Source of the DNA: Chiloscyllium plagiosum | Taxonomy: Eukaryota | Reading direction: 5' to 3' | Assembly (NCBI RefSeq): GCF_004010195.1 | Contig: NC_057718.1 | Coordinates: forward strand, 33,366,699-33,430,698 | DNA: 64,000 nucleotides | In this document: positions 47,250-60,965 of the stretch, in pieces | Layout of the letters: each line of letters opens with the position of its first letter | Numbering within the stretch: position 1 is the first letter of the stretch | Notes under the pieces: model-generated | Databases searched by the model: none | What the model was told of the DNA's origin: nothing | The model's input: only the letters and a program-made list of their open reading frames with translations | Made by a program: the position numbers and the translations under genes

Positions 47250-48110
47250 ATGAAAGCAATTATGCCATTAGCATTTTTTTACAACCTTATCTACATGCAC
47301 TGCTACCTTCAGTGATTTATGGATGTACACACACAGATCCCTCTGCATTTCAATGCTCCTAAGGGTTCTGCCATTCACTGCATAATATCCACCTGTACTT
47401 GACCTTCCAAAATGCACCACCTCACACTTCTCTGAATCAAACTCTATCTGCTATTTTTCTGCCCATGTCTCCAAAGGATCTATATCCTGCTGTATCCTCT
47501 GACAATTCTCCTCACTATCTGCAACTCCACCAATCTTTGTATCATCTGCAAACATACTAATTAGACCAGCTACGTTTTCTTCCAAAATATTTATATAGAT
47601 CAAGAATAACAGAGGTTCCAGCACTGATCCCTCTGGAACACCACTAGTCACTACCCTCCATTCCCAAAAAACATCCATCCATCATGACCCCCTGTGTCCT
47701 ATGCCAGCCCACCCCTGATACCATGTGACTTCACCTTTAGTACCAGTCTGCCATGAGGGACCTTGTCAAAGGCTTTACTGAAGTCTATGTAGACAACATC
47801 AACCACTTTTGCCTCAATCGTCTTCATCACCTCCTCAAAACACTCAATCAAGTTAGTGAGGCACGACCTCCCCCACACAAACCAGGCTGTCTATCACTAA
47901 TAAGTCCATTTGCTTCTAAATGCATGTAGATCTTGTCCCTAAGACAGTTTTCCAATAATTTCCAATAATTTCCCTAAAACTGATGTGAGACTCACATAAT
48001 TTCCAGGATTATCCCTGCTACCCTTCTTAAACAATGGGACAACATTGGCCATACTCCAGTATGCTGGGACCTCACCTATAGCCAAAGAGGATACAAAGAG
48101 GTCTGTCAAG
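47250..48110 (-). mobile_element. CR1 RT fragment
   Basis: VTSGVPEGSVLEPLLFLIYIN..MFADDTKIGG (47451-47678). Confidence 0.9.
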
Positions 48111-48544
48111 ACATCTCTTCAAGACTTTGTTCTGCCTTCTTTGGTCCAAATATGATTGGATTGCAATGATGATGGGTCATGTACCTATAGGAATCCACAT
48201 GTTGTTGCACTCCACAAACATGCATTATCCCTTCATGTCATTTATTCAGTTCTTCCTGAATATGTACAGATATTTCTGGAACATTAATAGTCCTTTCTTT
48301 GGGGTGATGTGCTATGTCAACATGTTCGAGTTCAACCATGTCACTCCAGTTCAGGTACAATGTCTGGATATCGTGCATTGACTCCACTGGTCTGCATGTG
48401 CTTTGATTGCTGTGGTCTTTTGACAGGACCATTCCCATGGATAGTCTCCTTTTGTATGCCTGTTATATATTGACAATCCTGCTACTACAGGTCCTGACAC
48501 TTCCACTCTAGAAAATGGCTGCCCAGACCAGTTTGCTTATTTGC

Positions 48545-48697
48545 ATTAAAAGCTCAGCAGGTCTGGCAGCATCTGTGGGAAGAAAGCAGTGTAAACATTT
48601 CATGTCTGGTGACTTCTTCAGAATGCAAATTTTGCCAGACCTGCTGAGTCTTACCAGAAATTTCTATTTTTGTTTCAGATCTCCAGCATCTGCAGTT
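48545..48697. mobile_element. PLE-derived mini-element (family B)
   Basis: ctcagcaggtctggca / tgccagacctgctgag inverted arms. Confidence 0.7.
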
Positions 48698-49305
48698 ATA
48701 GAGTCATAGAGCATTACAGATGTACAGCATGGAAACAGACCCTTCAGTCTAACTCGTCCATGCCGACCAGATGTCCTAACCTAATCTAGTCCCACTTGTC
48801 AGCAACCAGCCCATATCCCTCCAAACCCTTCCTATTCATATACCCATTCAGATGCCTTTTAAATGTTGCACTTATACCAGCCTCCACCATTTCATACATG
48901 CACCACCCTCTGCATGAAAAAGTTGCCCTTTAGGTCTCTTTTATATCTTTCTCCTCTCACCCTCAACGTATGCCCTCTAGTTCTGGACTCCCCCACCTCA
49001 GGGAAAAGACTTTGTCTATTTACTCTATCCATGCCCCTCATGAGTTTATAAACCACTATAAGGTCACCCCTCAGCCTCCGATGCTCCAGGAAAAATAGCC
49101 CCAGCTTATTCAGCCTCTCCCTATAGCTCAAATCCTCCAACCCTTGCAACATCCTTGTAAATCTTTTCTGAACATTTTCAAGTTTCACAACATCCTTCCA
49201 ATAGGAAAGAGACCAGAATTGCACACAATATTCCAACTGTAGCCTAACCAATGTCCTGTGCAGTAGTAACATGACCTCCCAACTCCTATACACAATAGTC
49301 TGACC
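48698..49305 (-). mobile_element. CR1 family 1 3' fragment
   Basis: ORF 48892-49293 [26 protein letters not shown]; atagagtcatagag tail. Confidence 0.92.
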
Positions 49306-51758
49306 TTTGGTTTACATTGTTGATTATTTGCATTCTAGGTATAAATACCCAGACAATATATTGGTGATCTGTTATAAGCTGAGAGCTTTACGTTGGTGAA
49401 TTGAACCATATCATTCACAGTTCACATTCCCAAGAGTGCGGGAAGGTATAGAATGGGCATTCAAACTTATACGAGTCTTCACTAGCAGCCAATGTCTCCC
49501 AGCCTCATTTGAGAAAATAATCTCCCATATGGCAAAGGAAATATGAAAATACTGGCATAATTATTCTTATGAATTCATACTGTGAAAGCTGTAAAATGAC
49601 TAAAAAGGTAAGCACTGAAGGATCAACCTGCTAGCAGTTTGTGATTTGCGTTGTTCTTCCTTTTTGGTCTGTTAATTCTAAAGATGTGACTATACCTAAG
49701 GTCCACTTGTAATAGCACTGAGATAGTGTTGGGTCATCTCCCTGACCTCAAGGTCTACGTAGTGTTTATACTCCTGTTTCATGCATCTAATGGAGGCTTT
49801 GGAATTTCTTAGCCTATAGGTAGAGTAGCTGTTTGCACTATTATCATTGACTATAACAATTTTTACAAGAGACATAATAAGTGTACTTAAATTGCAACCC
49901 TCAGTGATGAGCACTCCTGAAACAGATCCTCATTGAAATTACTGAAATATGGTGATGACTAAGTACCACCTACAATGCCAAGTTGTGAATCTGATGTCAG
50001 AATTGTTTATTTATTCATATGCTAAATGGATTTAAAATACTACAACTTATGGTATTGTTTTTATTTACAACCTTATGGTCCAACTTATAACTATCAGTTT
50101 TTAAATTGAAGCAGTGCCAGTTGGAAAATAATGCATTTGGCTTAAAGGTATGTCTAGACATTGTTGTACCAAATCATGTTTTTGACATTTCTTTCCCTGA
50201 TATTTAAACAATACAAAGTGATTTTGCTGATGGTTCTCAACATTGGATGAGAAACACAAATCGGGCCGAATGTAAAAGGATGTAACCATCAACTGAAATA
50301 TTGGACTTTTTCTGGCTATTCCAATAGCATAATGCCACCTGTGTTATAAAATGCATTTCAACCAGTGATTATTACCAGCTCTGAAGTCAAGAATGCTTTG
50401 ATACAATGGATGGATCAGTTTATTTTATGCATTTTATTAATTTTAGTTTAAGTTAATCCATGAAGAAGATAAAAACAAGACATATTCTATGGGGAGGAAT
50501 GATCAGCAATTGTTAGAAAAGCAGTATCTCTAGAGATTTGATTTTAGCAAAGAGGTCATGAGTCAACTATTCGCTCTGTAGATAATTTATGAATGGTACT
50601 CAATAATCTCCTTACTATAGGTTGTTCCAAAGTTTGATTTTGGCCTCATTAGTCAAAACAACATGTCCACCTACATTCAAGAAATAATTGATTCACCAAT
50701 ACCAGAAGGCTGGCAGATGCATTCCTTTTTTGAGAGCCAACAGACCAGACAGCAAATGGTTTGTGATATGCATTGATTCTTATGATCCGCGCAATAAAGA
50801 CTGGATGTCTGATGATAGGAATGATCTTTGTTAGTCTTAATAGCGCACATTAACTATTACAATTAGGTGTTTAACCTGTATTCTCACAGAAAAAGTCAGT
50901 GGCAAGTAAATCATCATCTGGCCTTGAGCCAGCATCTGAGTCTTTTATCATGAAATGGTTGAATGTTATTTGAGAAATATGACTTTCCAGTTTTTGGGAA
51001 AACATAGGTATGCCTGGAAATGATAGGTAATAATAACATTAATCAATCACTACATGGTACTGGAATATTACCACAATTACACTCACAAATCTGAGGTATA
51101 ATTTTGCAGATGATTAAGAATTTTGAACAGTTTATAATCTTTTAATGTGGGGTTGTTATCAATAGATTCAGCTACTTTAATGTTTTTCTATCCAGAATTC
51201 TATGTTTCGCCCTCCATAAACTTGAGTTCCTTGAAAAACGGCTGCCAGTATCTTAATACTCAACATCTTTACACTCAACTGCTTCAACTCACCAATCAGC
51301 ACTGTCCTCACGTTAGAAGCTGCCTACTGAGGAAAGCAGGCAGTTTCACAAAAGGACCAGGCAGGATAATGTTGGAGCAATGTCCTCACTGGTGCCTAGT
51401 GAGTTAAAGAGTTCACCTATGCACTAGGTGATACCTCAAATTTCACCAAGTTGTGCAAATCATGGAAAATGAATGAAAGGTTACGTTGGGAGGGTGGGTA
51501 AGTGGATATGAGTCAACAATACTATCAGCCATGATCTTATTGAATAGGGGAGTAGGTTCAAAGGGCCAGATAACATACTCCTGCTCCTAGTTCTTATGTC
51601 CTTGTACGAATTTTGTCTTGCCCCACAGATGATGTGCAACAGTCTGTTCAGCTTCATCACAGAAAAAAAGGATTTACAATACAATTCCGTTCTAGACTGA
51701 CACCAGAACAAGCCTCTCAAGGAGGCGTCAGTGGTCATTAACTGGCACCAGGCTTCCT

Positions 51759-54748
51759 AAGAACAAAGAACAAAGAACATTTACAGCCCAGGAACAGGTC
51801 CTTTGGCCCTCCAAGCCTGAGCCGATCCAAATTTACTCTCTAAACCCGTCGCCCAATTCCTAAGCATTTGTATCCCTCTGCTCCCCACCTATTCATGCAT
51901 CTGTCCAGGCGCAACTTAAATGAATCTACCGTGCCCTGCCTCTAACACCTCTGCTGGCGACGCGTTCCAGGCGCCCACTACCCTCTGTGTGAAGTACTTG
52001 CCACGTGTATCCCCTTAAAATTTCCACCTCTCACCTTGAAAACGTGACCTCTTGTTATTGAATCCGTCACCCTGGGAAAAAGCTTGCCTCTATCCACCCT
52101 GTCTATACCCTTCATGATTTTTTAAACCTCAATCAGGTCCCCCCTCAATCTCCTTTTTTCTAGTGAAAACAAACCTAACCTACTCAACCTCTCTTCATAG
52201 CTGGCACCTTCCATACCAGGCAACACCCTTGTAAAACATCTCGGCACCCTCTCCAAAGCATCCACATCCTTTTAGTAATGTGGCAACCAGAACTGTACAC
52301 AGTATTCTAAATGCGGCCGAACCAATGTCTTGTATATTTCTAACATAACTTGCCAGCTGTTATACTCAATACCCTGTCCAATGAAGGCAAGCATACTATT
52401 TGCCTTCTTGACCACTCTATTCACCTGTGCAGCAATCTTCAGGTTACAATGGACCTGCACTCCCAGATCTCTCTGCCCATCGACTTTTCCCAAGGCTCTT
52501 CCATTCATTGTATAATTCGCTCTGGAATTAGTCTTTCCTAAATGCATCACCTCACATTTGACTGGATTGAAATCCATCTGCTACTTTTCCGCTCAACTGT
52601 CCAGTCTATCTATATCCTCCTGTATTCTTTGACAGCCCCTTATGCTTTATGCTACTCCACCAATTTTCATGTCATCTGCAAACTTGCTGATCATACCAAC
52701 AGTGCCCTCTTCCAGATCATTTATGTATATTACAAAACAACAGTGGCTCCAACACTGACCCGTGTGGAACACCACTGGTCACCTTTCTCCATTTCAAGAA
52801 ACTCCCTTCAACTACTACTCTCTGTCTCCTGTTGCTCAACCAGTTCTTTATGCACCTTGCTAGAACACCCTGCACACCACGTGACTTCACTTTCTCCATT
52901 AGTCTACCATAGTGAACCTTATCAAATGCCTTACTAGAGTCCATGTATATGATATCAACAGCCCTTCCTTCATCTATCAACTTGGTCACTTCCTCGAAGA
53001 ACTCTATTAAGTTGGTAAGGCACAATCTCACCTGCACATAACCATGTTGCCTATCACTGATAAGCCCATTCATTTCTAAATATAAATAGATCCTATCCCG
53101 CCATACCCTCTCCAGCAACTTTCCCACCATGGTCTATAGTTACCTGGAATATCCCTACTACCCTTCTTGTGCAGGGGGACAACATGAGCAACCCTCCAGT
53201 CCTCCGGCACCTCACCTGTATTTAAGGATGCCACAAAGATATCTGTCAGAGCCCCGGCTATTTCCTCTCTCACCTCCCTCAGCAACCTGGGATTTGTCCA
53301 CCTTAATAACCTCTAGCATACCCAACACATCTTCCCTACTTATGTCAACATGATCCAGACTAATCAAATATCTATCTCTAATATCAAGATCCATCATGTT
53401 CCTCTCCTCAGTGAACACTGATGCAAAGTAATCATTCAGAATCTCACCCATTCGCCCAGGTTCAGCAAACAGCCTTCCTTCATTATCTTTTAGTGGACCA
53501 ATCCTTTCTCTAGTTACCCTCTTGCTTCTTATATAAGAATAAAAGGCTTTGGGATTCTCCTTAATTCTGCTTGCTAAAGCTATTTCACAACCCCTTTTAG
53601 TCCGCTTGATTCCTCGTTTAAGACTTGTCCTACTCTTCCGATATTCCTCCTGGGCTCATTCTGTTCTTAGCTGCCTCGACCTTATGTACGCTTCCCTTTT
53701 CCTCTCGGCTAGTTGTACGATTTCTCCTGTCATCCACGGTTCACAAATCTTGCCCTTCCTATCCTTTGCCTTCAACGGGACATGCCTATCCTGCACTATC
53801 TTTGAAAGCCTCCCATATATCAAATGTGGATTTCCCTTCAAATGCTGTGTCCAATCCATATTTCCGAGCTCCTGCCTAATTTTGATATAATTGGCCTTGA
53901 TCCAGTTTAGTACTCTTCCCTTAGGACCACTGTATTCTTTATCTACGAGTATTCTAAAACTTACAGAGTTATGGTCACTGTTCCCCAAAAAATCCCCCAC
54001 CGCAACTTCTACCACCTGTCCTGGCTCGTTCCTCAGTACCAGGTCCAATATGGCCCCTTCCCTTGTCGGACTATTGACATACTGCTCTAGAAAACTCTCC
54101 TGGATGCTTCATACAAACTCTACCCCATCCAGACCTCTGATGCTAAGTGTATCCCAGTCAATGTTGGGAAAATTAAAATCTCCCATCACCGCTACCCTAT
54201 TGCCTCTACATCTTTCCATAATCTGTTTACCTATTTGTTCTTCTACCTCATGCTCACTGCTGGGAGGTTTGTAATACAGCCGCAACAATGTAACTGCACC
54301 CTTCTTATTTCTCAGCTCCACCCATAATGCCTCACTACGCAAGACCTCCATAGTGTCCTCCTTTAGCACAGACGTGATATCATCCCTGACTAGCAATGCA
54401 ACTCCAGCTCCCCTTTTAATTCCCTTCCTATCATGTCTGAAACGTCTATATCCCGGAACATTTAATTGCCAATCATCATGCCCTTCCTTCAACCAAGTCT
54501 CTGTGATTGCAATAACATCATACTCCCAAGCACCAATTCAAGCCCTAAGTTCATCTGCCTTACACACTATACTCCTTGCATTTCAGGCTATCAGTTCTTT
54601 TGCGTTCATCTGCTCACTGTCTACTCTTCCCTTTATTAATGCTATCTTCATGATTCTTACAGTCTCCAATATCCACATCACTGCCTACCTGTTTTCTCTT
54701 CTGGTTCCCAGTCCCCTGTCACATCAGTTTAAAACCTCCCCAACTTCC
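51759..54748 (-). mobile_element. CR1 LINE family 2, ORF2 essentially complete but decayed
   Basis: EN (54109-54492, 53656-54048) and RT (52717-53130, 52272-52577); (aagaaca)n tail; closely similar to 41678-44315. Confidence 0.95.
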
Positions 54749-55669
54749 TATGCAAGTTCTTTGAAATCTATCAGAGTTTGCCTACTGTGAACACAAATTT
54801 TCAAATTGCATCTAAACCTATTCCAGCCCCCACTTGCAACTGAAAACTCAGCCCATGGTGTTCCAAAAGGATCTATGTTGGACCAATAGAGTGTGTGTGT
54901 GCGCTGTGTAAGCAGGAATAGCAGAAGCACGTGTGCTTGGAAAGGGGATGAGCAGTGGTATGATGTACTCTGTGATTGAGGTGAGTGAATTGTTGAGAAT
55001 AGTGGGGCAGTCGGTGGAAAATTTTATAAAATACTGTTGAGGGAGAGGGACAAATTAGGAAGAATACTCATCCTTGCTACTCTTGTGTGAAGGAATCTGT
55101 TTTCACACAGCAGCTGGATTCTTGAACTGAAGCTGAAGATACAACTCTTCCAGCCACCTTAGTCTATGCTTGCTTTATCTTGGAGTTGGAGGTAGCTGCA
55201 GCTTGCATGGAAGCCTTGCTATTTCCCTCCCCCTTCCTCCCCAATTGGAAAATGTTCAGAATGTAATGAGCAGTGGTTGTGGGGAGGTGCCCTGGCAGGA
55301 TGGATGGGATTCCCAATCTTGCGGGCAATTGGAAGGGCACGCCAACTATCATAAGAGGGCCAGGAAGGTAAGGTGATGCAGGCTTCACCATCACATGGGT
55401 ATATTGAATTCTGAGCATTGCCAGCATTAATATCTGAGCTGCAGAGTTCAATCTGCACACTGTTACTTACAAACTTTGAATAATAATGCCATTTAACTTA
55501 TTCCAATACTGTAAACCAATAACTCTGATACCAATAGTTCTATCTTACATGACAAGTATGCTTTTTGCTCATAAAAAAGTCTGGATTTTCTGCTTGGGAA
55601 AACTTTGGCACATAAAAATATAGAGGGAGGTTTCCTACATAAAGAATGGGAACTCAATTACTGCATATG

Positions 55670-56118
55670 CTGGCAACAACTGTTGGAGATTACAACGGGT
55701 CAGACAGCATCCATGGAGAGAAAGCAAGCTGAAGCTTTGCGTCTAAATGACTCTTCACCAGAGCTGAAGTGAAGTGTGGAGGGGACACCATTTATTCTAT
55801 AGTTGAGGGGTCATTTGGGAGCGGTGAGGTGTAGAGTGCTGGGGGAGAAGAAAGTGTTGATTATTCAGATTAAGTGATCAGAATGTGAGAATGGCAGAAT
55901 AATGGTGTGTCTAACTGCCAGACTGGAAAAACCGATAGTCCCACTGGGGTGAGGGGAAGGGAGAGAGAACATGGTGAGACAGAATGTAACAAGTAAAGCT
56001 ATAAGAAAGGGAAGGAATGGGAGTTGGTTCCCAATTTGAAGGTGTTGAACTTGATATTTCATCCAGAAGGCTGTAAAGTGCCTCATCTGAAGTTGAGATG
56101 TTGTTCCTCCAGTTTCCC
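55670..56118 (-). mobile_element. Old PLE: pLTR plus GIY-YIG C-terminus
   Basis: Reverse complement of 56040-56116 reads KLEEQHLNFR*GTLQPSG; decayed hammerhead-like ctggtgaagagtcatttagac at about 55741-55761. Confidence 0.65.
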
Positions 56119-59100
56119 AGAGTCAGCCGAGTTTGTAGAATGTTTTTTAAAAGCCTGCCACAGTTTAAAAAGTCAGCTTTAAAACAGATTAAATTTTTGA
56201 AAAAGATCATTAAAGCAAGATTACTCAAAGATCTGGAGTATGAAATGGACATCCTGACTCACAGATGATGCCCAGGATATGCAATTTGTGAAAGTTAAAG
56301 AAAATAGTCTTTCCTTGAAATCCAGTGATAGTATCCAGTAAGGATCGCCGCACAGCATCAATATGGCAGGAGGAGCTTAAGGACATCTCTATGAATTCAT
56401 CAAGTACCCCATCTATAGTAACACAAAAGTCTTAATAACTCCATGGGTATGCCAAAGAGCCAACCAGACTTCCTAAGAATACCTGGCATCCTTCCAACTT
56501 CTAGTCTTTTAGCTTTCCTGTTTTGTAGTGTTTTTGGGATGCTACACCTCTGCTAGCTCCTTAACCTATCATGGACATTCTTTGCTTCTTCCAGATAAAC
56601 TTCAAACTGCAAATTGCCAAACTTAATTAAATGACTGTTACCATGAACACTTAGATAGTGTGAAATGTATTGCTTTGTCCTGTCCAACTGAACTGCTACC
56701 AGTGTTTCAAAAGAGCAATAGGTCTATGTGACTGTGGAATTGCTACTACTTCCTTTTTTGCTCATCAAACATATTTATTTGACACAATGATAATGTTATT
56801 TTTATTTGTTTGCTTTTCAGGAACAAACCAAAAACTAGATATAGCACAGTTTTCAGGAGAAATGTTAAAAAAACCTTTCATTGATGAGATCATTGATGGT
56901 GTGCTTCCCAAACCAACTTTATACCCCTCCCTCACCTTGGAACAGCACAAGCTCAGCTCACCATAGGAATTCCCAGGAAGATCTGTCCAAAGTGACATTT
57001 TAAATTGTTCAAAGGCAAATAGACTATTAGGTTCTTAGGTTATAGCTCAGACAAGTATAATTAGCAGACTTCTACTTCCATGGATTAACATCAGAATGGC
57101 ACTGGAGAAATATATTCAACAGGAAATTATTTTTATTATACATTTGGAGGCTACAGCATTCCAATTACTAGTTCACAGATGTTGTCTTTTCCAGTTGACC
57201 TTTGCAGCATAGTCCTGCAACATTGGGTGGTGCATCAGCAAGGGAACCAACATGGTCATAAATGATTGATTTTCTAACTTTTTGCCAAACTGTTTCTCTT
57301 ATGATCTTTGAATTCCTATGCTTCCATGGCAGGATGGAATGAAGTGCAGGAAGAGGAAAAATAAAATGTCAGCATCCAAGTTACATAATCAAAATATATA
57401 TTGCCAGGTTCAAGTCCTTCCTTTCATCATTCAACAATAATACAGCAAATGGGAAATAGAGATCATCAATACAGAATATCAGGTTTTTTTTACATTTCTC
57501 AGTGGAACACTGCATAGATGGAAGGATGTTTCTATTCACTTTAGAACGACAAAATTAAAGAAAGAATGGACTACAATCTAATACATTACACCAATAAAAA
57601 TTTTATCAGCATTGTAGTTTAAGAACTTGAAAGTAATATCATTTCAGGCTATATTTCTGGTATCTATTAAAGAAAATCTCAATACTTCTTCTCCATTCTC
57701 ATTGGCATTGACGTTTCGGGCAAAAGCCCTTCAATTTTTACCTCACTGGATCCCAGTCAACACTGGGACACCAAGATGACATCTCTCCTCTCCAGCTCAA
57801 TGATGCAAGATCAATTGAAGTCTCATTGTCAATATCCTGGTGAGCATGCACTAACTTGCACCAGAGACCTTCCAACGTCTGTCTGATTCTGAGCAACAAA
57901 AAGAACTGCATTTTCCATGAAGCTTTCTAAGCAACTCCATATTTTTGTGTCTCACATACTGCCTAAATACTGCTTTCCAATTTTTCTTTTCTCCAGTTCT
58001 GGCCATATGACACATTGATCCTTTCCATTATGCTTGACAGATTTTTTTCTCTGTTACCGGAGAAGATTGTTTCTGACAATCTGCTATATTTAATAATAAA
58101 GCTGTAGAAAAAGCAATATTAACCAAAATGACAGACGTAGTTAATACTGCTTCTTTTGCAAGTTAATGGGGTAGAAGTGTACTGAAAAGCATGCGTATCA
58201 GTCCTTATCAAGCCTTGTGCAGACTTACAGCAAATCCCATGGTTAAAATAAAAGTAGTCAAAAATCCATCGAATCTGAGAAAATAAATAAATGGTCTATG
58301 TTCTGTTGACCCTGAAGTTAACTTGCATTTATTGTGAAAACAATGGAAACACTGGTGCAGTAATTAGAAACTTACAGTCTAAATGGTGAATACTAGGGTC
58401 TTGTCATGTTTTTCTGGCTGGGAACCATATACAAGAATTTCTGATCAAAGTGGTTTGAAGAACTAACAATCCGCTCATTCATGCAAGCATCAGAAAAGCA
58501 AAATTCCTATGTGGTCAGTCTGTACTGGGGCTTTGATCCTCCTAGAACTGGCAGCTTCAATCTGTATTCAAAACCTTCAACTATGGAACGCTGAGAATAG
58601 ACATCTGCAACAGTCATGTAATCTGTCTTGTAGAAAAACCACACAATCATAATAATGATAATGCCATATTTCACTGGCAGGAGTGTGACAGAGGGACCCC
58701 AGGCAAAAGCCAGCTTCTGTTGCTGACTTTGATTACATTTCAATGGGCACTGTCTCCATTAGACAGTGCTTTGGCAACCTGTCTTACATTTGTGTAAAGT
58801 GTATAATGAAATCCAAAATAGTTTCACGTGCATTTCTTAAAATTAACAGAGGCTTTATTGAACCATCTCTAACAAAGAGCAAAAGATTACTCACAGAAAT
58901 GGTCCCCTATTGACTACTTTCTAGGACATAGTTCCACAAGCACTGAGTGCCTTTGCCATTGCACTTAAATAGCCACAACTGAACCACCTCAACCATTACA
59001 AGTTGATTGAAGATGTCCCTTCCTGTTCAGGTACTTGAATAATCAAAAATCAGTCAAACCTGAGGAGGTTTGTGTTGACCTGGTTTTCCAAACTTGCAAG

Positions 59101-59299
59101 AAAAAAGTATGAGAAAATGTGTGTATATAGAATTGGAGAAACATAGAGGGGACTTTTAATCACAGTAAAAGAGGGAGGCTGAGTGGTGATAATGATCAGC
59201 ATAGTAGCACTGGAGGGAGAGAGGATTTCCTGGAGGGCTCAACAACTGAATGTATTAGATTATATTTGGAAACAATTGATGCACCAGTACACTACATAG

Positions 59300-59506
59300 T
59301 CGAGAATGTGGTGCTGGAAAAGCAAAGCAGGTCAGGCAGCATTCAAAGAGCAGGAGAATCGACGTTTCAGCAAAAGCCCTTCCTGATTAAGGGCTTTTGC
59401 CTGAAATGTCAATTCTCCAGATTCTCGGATGCTGCCGAACCGGTTGTGCTTTTCCAGCACTACACTCTCGACTCGGAGATCAAACATCTGCAGTCCTCAC
59501 TTTCTC
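59300..59506. mobile_element. PLE-derived palindromic mini-element (family A)
   Basis: Arms centred on gcaaaagcccttcctgattaagggcttttgc; TSD cca(g/a)tacacta(c/t)atag at 59284-59299 and 59507-59522. Confidence 0.88.
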
Positions 59507-59649
59507 CCAATACACTATATAGGCCGCTGATGAATGGGAAAGATATTGGGGAGCACATTTTCAGGGAACTTGCAGAGAAGTGTAAATGCCAAGAATAGTA
59601 AATATGGGACTGCAAATTTTTATGTATTATTTCATAACTATGTCTAGAA

Positions 59650-60965
59650 AAGAACTTAAGGATAAGCCCAGCCAATAAAGGGCAGTGTTTAACTTTGATG
59701 GTGAATCAATTTTTAGGTACAAAATCCAGGACAAATTCTCACAGTCACTGGGTCAAACATGAATTAATTGTGAAAACCCACTTGATTGTTAAAAGCTCAA
59801 TTGTGTTTATTGATGAGGGAACAGTCACGGTTAATGAGAGTAATGCAATTGATGTAGCATGTACAGACATTGGAAAAGGCCTTAATAATGTGTAACGTAA
59901 CTGACATGCCAACAAATGTCAAAGGCATGGCATAAAAGTGACAGTGGCAGCATTGATGCACAGTTGGTGGAATGAAAGGAAACAGAGAGGAATGGTGATT
60001 TGTTGTTTATACACTAAAGTTCCTCATAAGTCAGTGCTGGTACCATTGTTTTTTTTATATATGTGTTGAAGCCCTTGAATTGGGTATGCAGGATACAATT
60101 TTAGAATCTGCAGGGGATATAAATCTTGGACCCATTGTTAACTGTTGGGAAGATAGTGCTAGACATCAACAGGTTGATGGAATGGGCAATCATGTGGCAG
60201 TCAAAATTTAAAACAGCGAAGTGTGAAGTGATATCTTTCAATAGGAAGAATGCTGAAAGTCAGTGTAAAACAAAGGGCACAATTCAAGAGTGGATAAAGG
60301 ATCAGAGATCTGATGGTAAGTATGTAGAAGTGGGAGAAGATGGCAAAGCAACTTGAGAAAAGATTTACAAGGTAATATTTATAATTAGGGGCATGGAGAA
60401 GAACAATGAAGTTATGATGAACCTTTAGAAGATTTTGGGTTTGGTCTCAATGATGTTTTGGGTGCAATTCTGGGCACAGCACTTTATGAAGGATGTGAAG
60501 TCTTAGGATTTAGCACAGAAAAGGTTGAAAAGAATTTTTCCCAAGAATAAGGGACTCGTTTTATATGGATACATTGGAGAGGCTGGGACTGTTCTACTTA
60601 GAGAGGATTTGATGGAGGTGTTTGAAATAATCCTAGGTATAGACAGAGTTCACAAAGAAAAACTATTCTCACTGGCAAATGCTTGAAGTTCCAGAGACAC
60701 CAATTAAACGTGATTAACAAAATAACCAATAGCAATACATAATGTGTAGTTTGGATTTGGAAGACTATGACTGAGAGTGGGATTGAGGCAGACTCAGTCA
60801 TATCTTTCAAAGGGAGCTCAGTGAACACTTAAAGGGAAGACATTTACAGGGCTCCATGGAAATCCTAGGGGAATGGGACTAGCTGAGCTGCTCTTGCAAA
60901 GAGTCAGCATGATCATAATGCGCCACATGGTTTCTTTCAATGCGGTAACCATTTTATGATTCTGT
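59650..60965 (+). mobile_element. Ancient CR1 RT remnant
   Basis: IDEG..VNESNAIDVACTDIGKG; LMEWAIMWQSKFKTAKCEVISF. Confidence 0.75.

Noticed and set aside
48125..48460. Faint Gypsy RT-RNase H linker-like translation on the minus strand (KTTAIKA.., PIII..)
   Set aside because: Too degenerate to support without a profile search.
50770..50830. ATGAT..CTGA resembling a C/D box snoRNA
   Set aside because: Box C is imperfect, spacing is short and there is no terminal stem.
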